From: Promethearchaeota archaeon
GTDB taxonomy: Archaea > Asgardarchaeota > Lokiarchaeia > Sigyniarchaeales > SOKP01
Direction of reading: 5' to 3'
DNA length: 48,629 bases
Assembly: GCA_004375715.1 (NCBI GenBank)
Contig: SOKP01000068.1
Span: 1 to 48,629 of the forward strand
Shown here: piece by piece, positions 1 through 9,965 of the stretch
Layout of the letters: each line of letters starts with the position of its first letter
How positions within the stretch are numbered: the first letter of the stretch is position 1
Program-made: the position numbers and the translations under genes
Notes under the pieces: generated by a model
Told to the model about the DNA's origin: nothing
The model's database searches: none
Seen by the model: the letters and a program-made list of their open reading frames with translations, nothing else

Positions 1-1
1 T

Positions 2-2068
2 ATTAATGTTATGTTTTCTTTTAGCATACTTGTATTAATAGCGGGACGAATTAGTAGCGTATTGAAAATTAGCGAAGCAGGTTCTAGGAAAGCTACTCTT
101 ATTCGAATTCTCACGATGTTAAGTTATATGGTAGTCCTCTTTTCTGCTTCATTTTTCGTGCAATGGATAGTCAACTCAGCAGGAGCTTTTTTTGGTTTGA
201 TGACATCTTTAGATGTTCCACTTATAGTTAATATAATCATGAGTTTAATTCCGTTTCCTTTTTCGTCTGGATATTTAATAACTATGTCCATGGAACCGAC
301 AAGTTTTACTCCAATTTTATGGGTTTCAGTTTTATTTGGAGTTGGTCTTTCTATATTATTAACCTTTTTTACTTATAAGAAGGCTTTGAAAGCTATGAGA
401 ACGGTAACTTCATCAGCGTCTCTTGAAGCGAAACAATCCTCATCTTCAAAAAAAATCTCTGAAAAACCTATCGTGGTTATTGTCGAGCCCCGAACACCTA
501 TTAAAGCCTTTATCCGTAAGGATTTATCGACTACTACAAGAGATATTCAAACTTTTATGTTCATTATAATGCCTTTTGTACTTCCATTTATGGTGTTAAT
601 TCCGCTATTAATGACCCCAACAGGGCTTATAGGTTCATTTACTGAAGATTTCATTATGGTTTGGGCTCTATTAACTCTTTATCAACCTATGATTTCAATG
701 ATGCTTACTTCGGGATTTTTAAATATGGAAGATTCTGGCTCGTCGATTCTCTCGTCATTACCAATACGAACTCGTGATCAAGCGAAAGCGAAATTGTTAT
801 TAACAGGTTCAATTCAAACAATATCATATTTTCTTCCTCTATTGTTATTTATTCCGAATCCAGATTTCTTTAGTTATTTATTTTCATTTATTTCTTATTA
901 TCCTGTTGTATTAATCTTGCTACTGTCAATGTTTCAGATGAAGATAAGATTTTTTGGCAGAATGAAATATAAATTTGTTGTAGAAGAATTTAATCCAGAG
1001 AAAAAGGTAATAAAATGGTTCATAATGGGAGTAGTTCAATATCTAATTTACTTTGCTTTCAACTTCATGGGTGGCATTTTGTTATTATTTTTTGGTTCGA
1101 GTATGATGTTTTTAGCAACTTTTATTGGTGGAATCCTCGCTTTAGGCGTTTTATTACTTTCTTTCAATAGTATGTTTCCTAAGGTACTGGGAAAGAGACA
1201 AACTATAAGTATTAGAGAAATCTTTAGAAAGCACACCTTTTTTGGAACGTTTAATCTCTTGGTTTTATATGCAGGGTTCTTACTTCTATCAGGGTTTATT
1301 CAATTGCCCTTATTATTCTTTGTTGATTCACTCTCTGTAATAGCTATATTGTTTATTGATTTCTTCGTTAATTTTGGAATGATGATATTGCTATGGTTGG
1401 TAATTGTTCCAAGATCCTTAGGTCTTCCACACGGAAAAAAACATCTAAAAGAATACATAAAGATAATTGGGATAAAAAACGATGGAAAACTTGTTCGTAA
1501 CATATTTCTCGGAATAGGTTGCTCTGGAATCTTCTTTATATGCACTTACATTACAGCGAATACATTTGGGAACTATGTTTTCGATCTGGATGTAATTTTT
1601 GGGACTCCTGGTTCGAGTGTTTCGTTCCTTGGATGGTTCTTGTTTATAATCATGTTAATTCCAGGCATATGGGAGGAAGTCTCCTTCAGAGGCGTAATGA
1701 TAACATTAAATATGAGAAAGTACTCTCGTACAACTGCGTTTATAGTCGTATCACTTCTATTCGGATTGTTCCACTATTTTAATTTACTAGGAGGCTCTAA
1801 TTTATTTGCTACTAATTTACAGGTGATATACGCAGCACTGTTAGGTTTTCTATTTGGATATTTGTTTATAAAAACAAAGAGTCTGATACCATCAATTATA
1901 TTACATTATCTCGTAGATAGTCTAGGACAACTATTTTTAAACGCTACATTTGATAACATAATTCAAACTAGTTTATTTGCAATAATTGGTCTTGGGTTAC
2001 TTCCTGCGGTTTTGGGGATGTTATTCGTTAAATTAGTAGTAAAAGAAGAACCTAAGCAGATAATGTAA
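2..2068 (+). CDS. 5'-truncated polytopic membrane protein: ABC-2/exporter-like permease scaffold fused to a C-terminal CPBP (CAAX/Abi) intramembrane protease domain
   Basis: The frame is open from base 2, with no stop before the first ATG at 11. The first ~30 aa align to about residue 205 of the paralog at 30554..32857, so the true start lies upstream of the window. Motifs shared with the paralog: FVQWIVNS/FIQWISNS, LPIRTRDQAKAKL/LPIISRDQAKAKL, FNSMFPKV/FDNLFPNI. C-terminal CPBP motifs: EEVSFRG, FGLFHY, HYLVDS. Confidence 0.65.
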   Translation: MNVMFSFSILVLIAGRISSVLKISEAGSRKATLIRILTMLSYMVVLFSASFFVQWIVNSAGAFFGLMTSLDVPLIVNIIMSLIPFPFSSGYLITMSMEPTSFTPILWVSVLFGVGLSILLTFFTYKKALKAMRTVTSSASLEAKQSSSSKKISEKPIVVIVEPRTPIKAFIRKDLSTTTRDIQTFMFIIMPFVLPFMVLIPLLMTPTGLIGSFTEDFIMVWALLTLYQPMISMMLTSGFLNMEDSGSSILSSLPIRTRDQAKAKLLLTGSIQTISYFLPLLLFIPNPDFFSYLFSFISYYPVVLILLLSMFQMKIRFFGRMKYKFVVEEFNPEKKVIKWFIMGVVQYLIYFAFNFMGGILLLFFGSSMMFLATFIGGILALGVLLLSFNSMFPKVLGKRQTISIREIFRKHTFFGTFNLLVLYAGFLLLSGFIQLPLLFFVDSLSVIAILFIDFFVNFGMMILLWLVIVPRSLGLPHGKKHLKEYIKIIGIKNDGKLVRNIFLGIGCSGIFFICTYITANTFGNYVFDLDVIFGTPGSSVSFLGWFLFIIMLIPGIWEEVSFRGVMITLNMRKYSRTTAFIVVSLLFGLFHYFNLLGGSNLFATNLQVIYAALLGFLFGYLFIKTKSLIPSIILHYLVDSLGQLFLNATFDNIIQTSLFAIIGLGLLPAVLGMLFVKLVVKEEPKQIM

Positions 2069-2076
2069 AACCAAAT

Positions 2077-3378
2077 CTATTTCTGTTTGTTATCTATAAA
2101 AGTGCTTGCGATGTAAGCAATACATAGTTTTAAGACTGCTTCAAGACTCCCATGTTCAATTTTATCAATTGTATCAGTGGGTTGGTGATAAAATTGAAGC
2201 ATTTCTTTTAGATTCATTGCTGAAATATTAAGTGCTTTTATTCCTGCCTTTGAAAAGGCTGTAGCGTCAGTACCTCCAGTAATTTGACCAATAATCTTCT
2301 CAATCTTCCCCGATCCTCCGAGTGCAGACTCATTCACCTTGATTTTTGCACTTTTTGCAGCTTCTGTTAATTTTCTAACCATAACATCAGAATGCTTAGT
2401 TCTCGTTGAAGGCTCAAAATCGATGATAGAAACATTATTTTTGCTCTGAATAGCGTCCATATTTACACACTCCGCGTCGTACTTCTTTAATTCGTTAAAA
2501 TGTGCAGAAACATATCTAAAAGCTCCTCTTAGACCAGCTTCTTCACAACCGAAAGAAATTAATCTGATTTCAGTGTTTTTAGGGACAATATCTTTATGTG
2601 AACTCAAATATTTTCCTATTGCTAATACGATTGCCACAGCACTTAAATTGTCAACAGCGCCTGGAACGGTGTTTGCTTTTTCTCCGAAGGATACGAAAAA
2701 AAACAAGCCTAAAAACGCAGGAATACCAATAATGAAAAGAGTGAGGATAAATATAATAAATAATTCGTAAAAAAATAAGTTAACCAGAATTAACAGAACT
2801 ATTATTAGTGAAGTAACAAGCCATATAATCATTATGCCAATGCCTAGTAAAATAAGTATGGGATAACCTAACTTTAAACGGGTTAATAAATTAAATTCAA
2901 GTGCACTATCGTGGTGCCCTGAAAAAATTAAAATCTTTTTAACCTCTTCTTTTGGATATATTCTTCCTACAACATTTTGAGAGTTTTTAGATTTAAATAA
3001 AGGATCAATAAACTCGCGATAATTGAAAAATTCGTTCCATAAAATTAAAAACGATATTAAGTTTAAAGAGAAAGAAAGAAATGTCATTAGGTACCCCCAA
3101 TAGTTTGTAAGATTGAGGGGGATTAGAAAAAACGCAAAAAAAGATGCAAGAACTAATGATATATCAATTTTTATATACCCTAAAAACGCTCGAGGGTTGC
3201 ACGAGAAAGGTTCTATTGCTACATCATCGCAGGTTTTTTCTAATTCTTTTTTTATGATTTCTGCGGCTTTTGCTTCTTGCGAGCTACATGGCATTCTGCC
3301 TGGCTCACATTCCTTGATTATCCTGTTGATTATTTCGTACATATAATCTGAATTTTCTTTACTGATATTGAGTTCCAT
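2077..3378 (-). CDS. M28-family metallopeptidase (aminopeptidase-like) with a multi-TM insertion
   Basis: 433-aa ORF. M28-like metal-ligand motifs FSGHHDSA, FGCEEAGLRGA and YHQPTDT. Long hydrophobic segment between roughly aa 70 and 230. Confidence 0.7.
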   Translation of the reverse strand: MELNISKENSDYMYEIINRIIKECEPGRMPCSSQEAKAAEIIKKELEKTCDDVAIEPFSCNPRAFLGYIKIDISLVLASFFAFFLIPLNLTNYWGYLMTFLSFSLNLISFLILWNEFFNYREFIDPLFKSKNSQNVVGRIYPKEEVKKILIFSGHHDSALEFNLLTRLKLGYPILILLGIGIMIIWLVTSLIIVLLILVNLFFYELFIIFILTLFIIGIPAFLGLFFFVSFGEKANTVPGAVDNLSAVAIVLAIGKYLSSHKDIVPKNTEIRLISFGCEEAGLRGAFRYVSAHFNELKKYDAECVNMDAIQSKNNVSIIDFEPSTRTKHSDVMVRKLTEAAKSAKIKVNESALGGSGKIEKIIGQITGGTDATAFSKAGIKALNISAMNLKEMLQFYHQPTDTIDKIEHGSLEAVLKLCIAYIASTFIDNKQK

Positions 3379-3534
3379 CTAAATCGTGAATTTAGTTAAG
3401 TTCGAATATTAAGTTATAAATTATATATCAATATTGTCTTATATTCTTATAAAATAATTGATTTAGTGAGTTAAAAATCATATTTTTTTTTATTTTTTGA
3501 ACTGTCCGTTTTTTTATGTTTAGTGGTGTAGTTA

Positions 3535-4260
3535 ATGAATTTATTTGAAAAAGAGCAATATGTATGCAAGGTATGTGGGTTTAATATTATAGGGCATTTT
3601 CCTGAACGATGTCCTTTCTGCGGCGCTTTAAACGTAAACTTCATAACAGCTGAGAATTGTTCCGAAAATTATAAAGTTTTAGAAACGAAGGTAACTGATA
3701 ATGTTATACAACTGAATGCTACACCCCCGTTAGGCTTAGAACACACGGCCTATAGTATAAAAACAGAAAATCAAACCATCTGGATAGATTGTCCTTCCAC
3801 TTTTGATAGTTCTTTAGAAAAAATGAATAAAATCATATTTACGCATCACCACTTTCTTGGAGCGTCAAATCTATATCGAAGCTATAACACCGCTTTTGTT
3901 TGGATTCACATTGAGGATTCAAAACATACAATGTCTCAAAAGCACCCGTTTGATAAGAAGTTTGATACTGATTTTCAGTTATCAGGAATTAAGGCTTTTC
4001 ATATTGACGGTCATACGCCTGGATTTACATTTTATACTTACGAGGACATAGTTTTTGTTTGTGACTATGTGTCTATGTCGGAAGAGAAGATGAAATTCAA
4101 TCCCTATGGTCCACACAGAAAAACGATTGAAGGAGGAAAATTAATTAAAAAATTACTTGAAAATCGATATTACCAGAAAGTTTGTGGATTCAATTATGTA
4201 GTAAGTTTTTCAGAATGGATGGGCCTGTTTGACGACCTTCTGAACTCTTCAACCAACTAA
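3535..4260 (+). CDS. Rubredoxin-type zinc-ribbon fused to a metallo-beta-lactamase-fold domain
   Basis: N-terminal CKVCGF...CPFCGA (CxxC-x13-CxxC). MBL-like motifs FTHHHFLGA and IDGHTPGF followed by VCD. Confidence 0.55.
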   Translation: MNLFEKEQYVCKVCGFNIIGHFPERCPFCGALNVNFITAENCSENYKVLETKVTDNVIQLNATPPLGLEHTAYSIKTENQTIWIDCPSTFDSSLEKMNKIIFTHHHFLGASNLYRSYNTAFVWIHIEDSKHTMSQKHPFDKKFDTDFQLSGIKAFHIDGHTPGFTFYTYEDIVFVCDYVSMSEEKMKFNPYGPHRKTIEGGKLIKKLLENRYYQKVCGFNYVVSFSEWMGLFDDLLNSSTN

Positions 4261-4282
4261 TTGTATTGACATTTAAGGATTT

Positions 4283-4507
4283 TTAGTAAGAATTTAAATG
4301 GCTCTTGGGCTTGAGTTTAAGTGCATTGGTAGGACATATATCGATGCATAATCCACATCGTGTACATTTTTCTTTTGGATCAATGAAATTCAACTTGCGC
4401 TTTTCGCCTATAGGAGTAGGAGGAGAAAAAAATAGGTTTTCAGGACACACTTCTACGCAATCTCTACATTTAATACATAAAATATTATCTATATTAATTT
4501 GATTCAA
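4283..4507 (-). CDS. 2x[4Fe-4S] ferredoxin
   Basis: 74 aa with two canonical cluster motifs, CIKCRDCVEVCP and CTRCGLCIDICP. Confidence 0.8.
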   Translation of the reverse strand: MNQINIDNILCIKCRDCVEVCPENLFFSPPTPIGEKRKLNFIDPKEKCTRCGLCIDICPTNALKLKPKSHLNSY

Positions 4508-4748
4508 GTAAATTCACTAAAATTCGATTATCACTTATCTGTTCACTACATTAAACTAAAAACTAAGTAAATTTATAGTCATTTTTATTCCTACTACTTG
4601 TAAATTTTTTCTAAATGTTTAAGTTTTTTAATAAGAATTTTTTTACTATTTTTAGCAAAATAAAATATGAATATATCACACATAATTAAATTAGAATTTA
4701 GGTTAATAAGTAATCAATCTAACACTAGAAAATGATTTTATAGAGATA

Positions 4749-5600
4749 ATGGAAAGCGCTAGTTTGAAGCAATTTGATGTAACTTGCCCAAAATGTGGAA
4801 ATGGGAAAATAATATCTGTTCCGGGTTCACTATTTATCCAAAAAAAGTTTGGAACGGTCAAGATTAAAGTACCTCAAGGAGCGGTATGTAAAGATCACAA
4901 TTTTATAGTTTTTATCTCCACTAAAGGTCAAATAATTGGATATGATATAATAGACGCTTCTGTGTCACTAGACCAAAAAGAAAAGCTTCCTGAGAATTTA
5001 TCTGATCTGGCTTTGGACCAAGTTATAGATGTATTCGGATTTAATTGTGTCGCTGGTTTTTTACATGCTAAATTATTCGATTACCCTTCTTATGTTATAA
5101 GATACGAAGAATTTGCCCTTGATATTGAGCAATTAAATGATATGTTTGATAAGTTAATACCTCCGAATTATCGAAATTCGAATGCAATAAAGGACGATGA
5201 ATTTGACTCTTATGTGTTTCCTAATCCTAATTATTATTACACCACTTTTAAAAGAGAGCACACTGACGCTTTCTTAATTAATAATCGAAAATTAGTCATT
5301 CAAGTACCTTGGAGGATACAAATTGATTTTGAGAAATCAATTTTAAACAATGCTGTAGGTAAAAAGGATAAAAGTGAGCAATTACAATACTTAGCTCAAT
5401 ATATCAAACAATTTATCAGCGATGTAGAATTTACACAAAACCTTTTGGAAAATGTTAAGAACATTAGTAAAAAGGATTTAATTAAGAAGCTTAAAGAGAA
5501 ACTGATTGTGTCTACGATTAATAAAAATCGAATCCTATCAATAAAAGAATTCATAACGAGAAGGATCTCAAAGGAAGTAGGTAGTAAGATTAAAAAGTAA
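4749..5600 (+). CDS. Hypothetical protein with an N-terminal CPxC...CxxH zinc-ribbon-like domain; paralog of 42273..42851
   Basis: 283-aa ORF. The N-terminal ~65 aa (CPKCGNGKIISVP...VKIKVPQGAVCKDHNFIVF...IIGY) align with CPVCKSKDVIQIP...TTISVPKGKICPHHFQLFL...IRGY of the ORF at 42273. The C-terminus is Lys-rich and helical. Confidence 0.5.
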   Translation: MESASLKQFDVTCPKCGNGKIISVPGSLFIQKKFGTVKIKVPQGAVCKDHNFIVFISTKGQIIGYDIIDASVSLDQKEKLPENLSDLALDQVIDVFGFNCVAGFLHAKLFDYPSYVIRYEEFALDIEQLNDMFDKLIPPNYRNSNAIKDDEFDSYVFPNPNYYYTTFKREHTDAFLINNRKLVIQVPWRIQIDFEKSILNNAVGKKDKSEQLQYLAQYIKQFISDVEFTQNLLENVKNISKKDLIKKLKEKLIVSTINKNRILSIKEFITRRISKEVGSKIKK

Positions 5601-5738
5601 TAAAATTCATTGATGATAGGAAATTTAGCATCAAAAGCCCTCAAAACCTATTTTTAAGATTTTACCCTAATTAAGTAAAGTACAAAAAAGATAATGAATT
5701 AATTATTTCAATAATTAAAAATTTGAAGTGAAGAATAT

Positions 5739-6521
5739 ATGGATTGGGGAATGCAAAATCGATTAGCGAGAATCATCAAACCTAAGTCTGGACGATGTGT
5801 GATGCTTGCTGTCGATCATGGATACTTTGGTAATATTCCGGGAGCGCTTAAGTGTTTTGGCGATTTGAACCCTTTATTTCAACACGCTGACGCGTTAATG
5901 TTAACCAGAGGGATGTTGAGAAGCTGTGTTTCTGCTGATTTCGACATTCCAATTGTGTTGAGAGCATCAGCGGGAGCTAGCATGCTAAAGGAACTATCAA
6001 ACGAAGAAATTAATATTACGATTGAAGAGGCTATAAGATTAAACGTCTCAGCCATAACTTGCTCGATTTTCGTAGGGGGTGAGTACGAAAAGCATAGTTT
6101 AATGAATTTATCTAAATTAGTAAATTGGGGGCAAGAATATGGCATCCCAACATTAGCAGTCACTGCCGTTGGAAGGGAAATGGTAAGAGATGATCGATAT
6201 TTAGGGATGGCTAGTAGAATGGCTGCTGAGTTAGGAGCTACTTTTGTAAAGACATATTACTGCGATGATTTTGAAAATGTTACGAGCATTTGTCCCGTAC
6301 CAGTTGTTATTGCTGGGGGGAAAAAATTACCCGAAAAGGATGCCTTGCAAATGGCTAAAAACGCCATCAATGCGGGAGCCGTAGGGGTTGACATGGGAAG
6401 GAATATTTTCCAATCAGATAAACCTATAGGAATGATTAAAGCAGTGAGAGCTATAGTCCACGAGAATGCCTCTGTGGATGAGGCTTATGGCATTTATCAA
6501 GATGGTCCAATAGGGTTATAA
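5739..6521 (+). CDS. DhnA-type class I aldolase family protein (FbaB / ADH synthase AroA' / LsrF-like)
   Basis: The 260 aa align along their length with my recollection of archaeal DhnA-family proteins (MJ0400-like): AVDHG, LRASAG, Schiff-base Lys context GATFVKTYY, VVIAGG, GVDMGRNIFQ, IVHEN. Confidence 0.75.
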   Translation: MDWGMQNRLARIIKPKSGRCVMLAVDHGYFGNIPGALKCFGDLNPLFQHADALMLTRGMLRSCVSADFDIPIVLRASAGASMLKELSNEEINITIEEAIRLNVSAITCSIFVGGEYEKHSLMNLSKLVNWGQEYGIPTLAVTAVGREMVRDDRYLGMASRMAAELGATFVKTYYCDDFENVTSICPVPVVIAGGKKLPEKDALQMAKNAINAGAVGVDMGRNIFQSDKPIGMIKAVRAIVHENASVDEAYGIYQDGPIGL

Positions 6522-6570
6522 TTTTTTAGATTTTTAGTTTAAATTAAACTATATTCTTTTTTTTTATTCG

Positions 6571-7530
6571 ATGACTACATCAAAAATAGATAATTTAGAG
6601 ATTAGAAACTTAACAGAAGATATACTACTCGTACACCAGAAAAAACCTCCGTTTTATTTCTCTTGTAGTGATGGTATTATTATTTTGCCAAAAAAAAGAA
6701 GAAATGATAGTTCTATCGTGTTAGATTTAAATATAGAACCTCACCTTATAGATAAATTAGACGATATTTATGGTCCTTTTACGAACTATATATGTTCACA
6801 TGGACATATGGACCATTTAGCACATGTCCATCAGTGGGAGACACTTGGAGCTAAAATTCACGCTCCTTTTCCGGAGTACACATATTTATTTGAGCTTCAT
6901 AATTTTTATACGGGATTTGGTTTCATTGATGCGATGGAATTTTCGGTTGTTAAGGAATTTGCCGAAAAAAATGGTTATAGAAAATGCCAAAATGTATCTT
7001 CGTTCAAACCAGGTCATATTTTCAAATTTGAAGACCTTATTATTGAAACTATACCATTATTAGGTCATTCAAAAGCTCATGTAGGATTTTTGATTCCAGA
7101 AGAAAGATTATTTCACATAAGCTGCTTAGGATTTGATAAAAGTAGACCTGAAAATGATGGATTTGGTCCATGGTACGGATTTAAGGAATGTTCAATTGAA
7201 CAATATCTGATAGACATTACGCAAACCGAGTTAATTTTTCTAGAGCGGGCTAATTTTTTAACATCAAGCCATTCTTATATAGTAAAAAACCCCGATAAAA
7301 CTCCTTTTATCTACATGCGAGAAAAAATTGCGAAAAATCAAGAACTTGTTGATAATGCAATCAAATCTAATAACTTAACAAATAAATCTAAGGATTCTAT
7401 AAACTACTTACTTAATCTAGACATTTTCTTTCCAAAGAAGAGAATGGAAGGTTATTTATTGGAAATTTACAATTTTTGGGAATCTGGAATAATTCGTAAG
7501 CATGTTGAACGAAGTAAATATCTAAATTAG
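6571..7530 (+). CDS. MBL-fold metallo-hydrolase
   Basis: HxHxDH motif in CSHGHMDHLAH, and a downstream LLGHSKAHVGF motif. Confidence 0.7.
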   Translation: MTTSKIDNLEIRNLTEDILLVHQKKPPFYFSCSDGIIILPKKRRNDSSIVLDLNIEPHLIDKLDDIYGPFTNYICSHGHMDHLAHVHQWETLGAKIHAPFPEYTYLFELHNFYTGFGFIDAMEFSVVKEFAEKNGYRKCQNVSSFKPGHIFKFEDLIIETIPLLGHSKAHVGFLIPEERLFHISCLGFDKSRPENDGFGPWYGFKECSIEQYLIDITQTELIFLERANFLTSSHSYIVKNPDKTPFIYMREKIAKNQELVDNAIKSNNLTNKSKDSINYLLNLDIFFPKKRMEGYLLEIYNFWESGIIRKHVERSKYLN

Positions 7531-7545
7531 TAATTTAGTTAGTAG

Positions 7546-8592
7546 TCATTTATCAGGTTCTATAACAACCTTAAGAGATTCAGTAGCCTTATTAACGATT
7601 TTAAATGCATCTCCTATTTGACTTAGAGGAAATCGATGAGTAATTAACTCTGTTACATTAATTTTTTTAGACAATATCCATACATATGACTCTTGGAGAT
7701 CTTCAGGTGCAGCACCGTATGAAGTTGTGATTGTTATTTCATTCCTCCAATAATCGTTTATAGGGACTTCTAAATTGACACCAGGTCCTGGAACTGCAAA
7801 GAATATCACTGTACCTCCTGGTGCTACGCAATTTAAAGCCTGTTTCGCCGCTGATAAAGCCCCTGTGCATACAATAACAATGTCTGCTAATTTATTATCA
7901 TTGGTTTTCAGAAGTTTCGAAGGAATATCCTCGCTAGCATGAATAATTTCATCCGCTCCAAAATCTTGAATTTTCCTCAATCTATAATCGTTTATATCGG
8001 TTGCAAAGACTTTTTTTGCCCCTCTAAGTTTTGCTAATTGAGCATGTAAGATTCCAGATACTCCACTTCCTAATATTAAGACTGTTAATCCTTTTCTTAC
8101 ATTTGCTAATCTTTGTGCTCTACAAACACAGCCAAATGGTTCAATAAATACTCCATCTTCATAGGTAACAGACTTATCTAACACAAAAACGCCCTTTTTT
8201 TCAATGTTTACTTTAGGTATTCTAATGTATTCAGCAAAACCTCCAGGATCAAAATTAGTGTTATGGAGAAGATCACATGCTGTATGATGTCCGTGGTTGC
8301 AGTAATAGCAATCGAAACATGGTACGTGATGTGAAACGAAAACTCTATCCCCAATTTTATAACCTTTAAGACCGTCTCCCACTTCAACAATATCACCGGC
8401 GATTTCATGTCCAAGAATTAAACTATCTACACCAAGTTTCTTCATTTTAGCAAATCTATAATACTCTAAGACATCCGATCCACATATTCCAGATTTTTTA
8501 ACCTTCACCAATAACTCTCCCGGACCAATCGTTGGTTTAGGTATTTCATCAATTCTTACATCGTTGTTGTTATAATATCGTGCAACCTTCAT
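7546..8592 (-). CDS. Zinc-dependent alcohol/polyol dehydrogenase (MDR family; threonine/sorbitol dehydrogenase-like)
   Basis: GICGSDV and GHEIAGDIVEVG (catalytic Zn). Structural-Zn Cys cluster CFDCYYCNHGHHTAC. Rossmann motif ILGSGVSG. Confidence 0.85.
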   Translation of the reverse strand: MKVARYYNNNDVRIDEIPKPTIGPGELLVKVKKSGICGSDVLEYYRFAKMKKLGVDSLILGHEIAGDIVEVGDGLKGYKIGDRVFVSHHVPCFDCYYCNHGHHTACDLLHNTNFDPGGFAEYIRIPKVNIEKKGVFVLDKSVTYEDGVFIEPFGCVCRAQRLANVRKGLTVLILGSGVSGILHAQLAKLRGAKKVFATDINDYRLRKIQDFGADEIIHASEDIPSKLLKTNDNKLADIVIVCTGALSAAKQALNCVAPGGTVIFFAVPGPGVNLEVPINDYWRNEITITTSYGAAPEDLQESYVWILSKKINVTELITHRFPLSQIGDAFKIVNKATESLKVVIEPDK

Positions 8593-8787
8593 GATTGAGT
8601 TTAATTTATCCTATGTTTTATTTTAATGTTAATATGTTATGTCTTAATATAATTCTTTATCAAAAATTAATATTTTATATATTTTAATAACGATATTTTA
8701 AATTATGTGAATTGATGGTAAAAAGGTGCAACAAATGCAAAGTGCCTGTTAATGTAGATTAATATAGATTTTAAAATAAAAAAAAAA

Positions 8788-9000
8788 TTAAGACCTGTTT
8801 TTTTGATTGCTTCTAACAAGCATTTTAAAAGTTTCATCTTCCAAATTTTGGAACATTTTAAGTTCATCACTCAAAAATTCGCTTAATGCGGTTCTTATAG
8901 CCTCGCTTCGACTCGGGTATACTCCTAAATCATTTAGAGTTTGAATTGCTTCTAGATATTTTTCAGGTAGGTTAATTGTTATAATTTTCATCTTTCTCAA
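8788..9000 (-). CDS. Ribbon-helix-helix (CopG/NikR-N-like) DNA-binding protein
   Basis: 70 aa. Beta-strand KIITINLP followed by two helices (YLEAIQTLNDLG, SRSEAIRTALSEFL), typical of RHH proteins. Confidence 0.6.
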   Translation of the reverse strand: MRKMKIITINLPEKYLEAIQTLNDLGVYPSRSEAIRTALSEFLSDELKMFQNLEDETFKMLVRSNQKNRS

Positions 9001-9157
9001 CCCTTTGCTTAAAAATCATAGCTTTTAACGTTGATATATTATTCTTATTTCGTCGGATCACTTATAAATAAAGAGTATTAATGCTTTGATGATATTAACG
9101 GCTTAATTGCTGACGAATAAATAATATTATTACATTAATACTAGAAAAAAAATAAGA

Positions 9158-9910
9158 TCAGAATGGTTTTTTAATGGATTTAATGTGCAATAGTAGCGAA
9201 AATGAGGCTTTATATAGCTCTGCATTGCTCATCTCTTTAATTTCTTTTAAATATGTTAAGCTATAATCTGCTTCCCGCTTCAAATAGTTTATACCTTTTG
9301 TCTTATGATCGTAATCCAAATATGCATCAATTTGTAATAGATTTTCATCTAATTTTTTAGGAAACTGAGGGGTCATATTAAAAGTGAACAGTAGATCTGG
9401 TTTTGAAGGTTCAGCAGCATTAATAACAAATAAGATGTTTGGTTGCGCGTAAGAAATAAACGATTCTAAATTGTGAAACAGATCGTCAATTTTAATGTTT
9501 AGTTTAGAAGCTTCTAAGATGCTACAATCGCTAAGTTTTGGAAATATAAATTTCTCCTTTCCTCGAAAGGCACTATCTATTTCGTTGGAACTTAAAAATT
9601 TCTTAAAGACTTCGTCCTTTTTCTCTAAAACAAATTCAGTCGTTATTGGATCTGACTTGGTATATAACATTATAGAACTTGAAGATAGCAAATTGATTTT
9701 TTGGTAATATATATTGAAATCAGGGTTATATGGCAGATTTATAATACTTTTATCGCCACCCAGGCCAAGTTGAGCCATAATATTCATTGGACCTTGGCTC
9801 GTTAATGTTAATAGGAGAATGGACCTGAAATCTTCAAGTTCAATAAAATTGGTAAAACCATTAAAAAATTCGTCAACAATTTTAATTTTATCATCTAACG
9901 CTTCGGACAT
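9158..9910 (-). CDS. Hypothetical protein (no recognisable domain)
   Basis: 250-aa ORF on the same strand as the DtxR-like and RHH genes, lying between them. Its antisense ORF (9495..9707) is low-complexity. Confidence 0.5.
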   Translation of the reverse strand: MSEALDDKIKIVDEFFNGFTNFIELEDFRSILLLTLTSQGPMNIMAQLGLGGDKSIINLPYNPDFNIYYQKINLLSSSSIMLYTKSDPITTEFVLEKKDEVFKKFLSSNEIDSAFRGKEKFIFPKLSDCSILEASKLNIKIDDLFHNLESFISYAQPNILFVINAAEPSKPDLLFTFNMTPQFPKKLDENLLQIDAYLDYDHKTKGINYLKREADYSLTYLKEIKEMSNAELYKASFSLLLHIKSIKKPF

Positions 9911-9965
9911 AGTCAGTTCATCTAATAAATATAATATTTCTGTAAAGAATTAATTATAATTAAAT

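Noticed and set aside
1048-1782. Track ORFs 1048..1236(-), 1300..1545(-) and 1519..1782(+) inside the large membrane-protein gene
   Set aside because: They are embedded in, or antisense to, a long ORF with clear paralogy and CPBP motifs. Their translations are low-complexity with no motifs.
2573-8414. Track ORFs 2573..2770, 3113..3346, 3857..4051, 4305..4502, 5396..5644, 5879..6163, 6824..7063 and 8208..8414
   Set aside because: All overlap, antisense or out of frame, with longer ORFs that carry recognisable enzyme motifs (M28, MBL, ferredoxin, aldolase, ADH). They are most likely shadow ORFs.
9087-9113. UGAUGA ... CUGA pair suggesting a C/D-box sRNA in the intergenic region
   Set aside because: Only one box pair is present and its spacing is atypical (17 nt). 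There are no C'/D' boxes or terminal stem. Such hexamer/tetramer combinations are expected by chance in AT-rich DNA.
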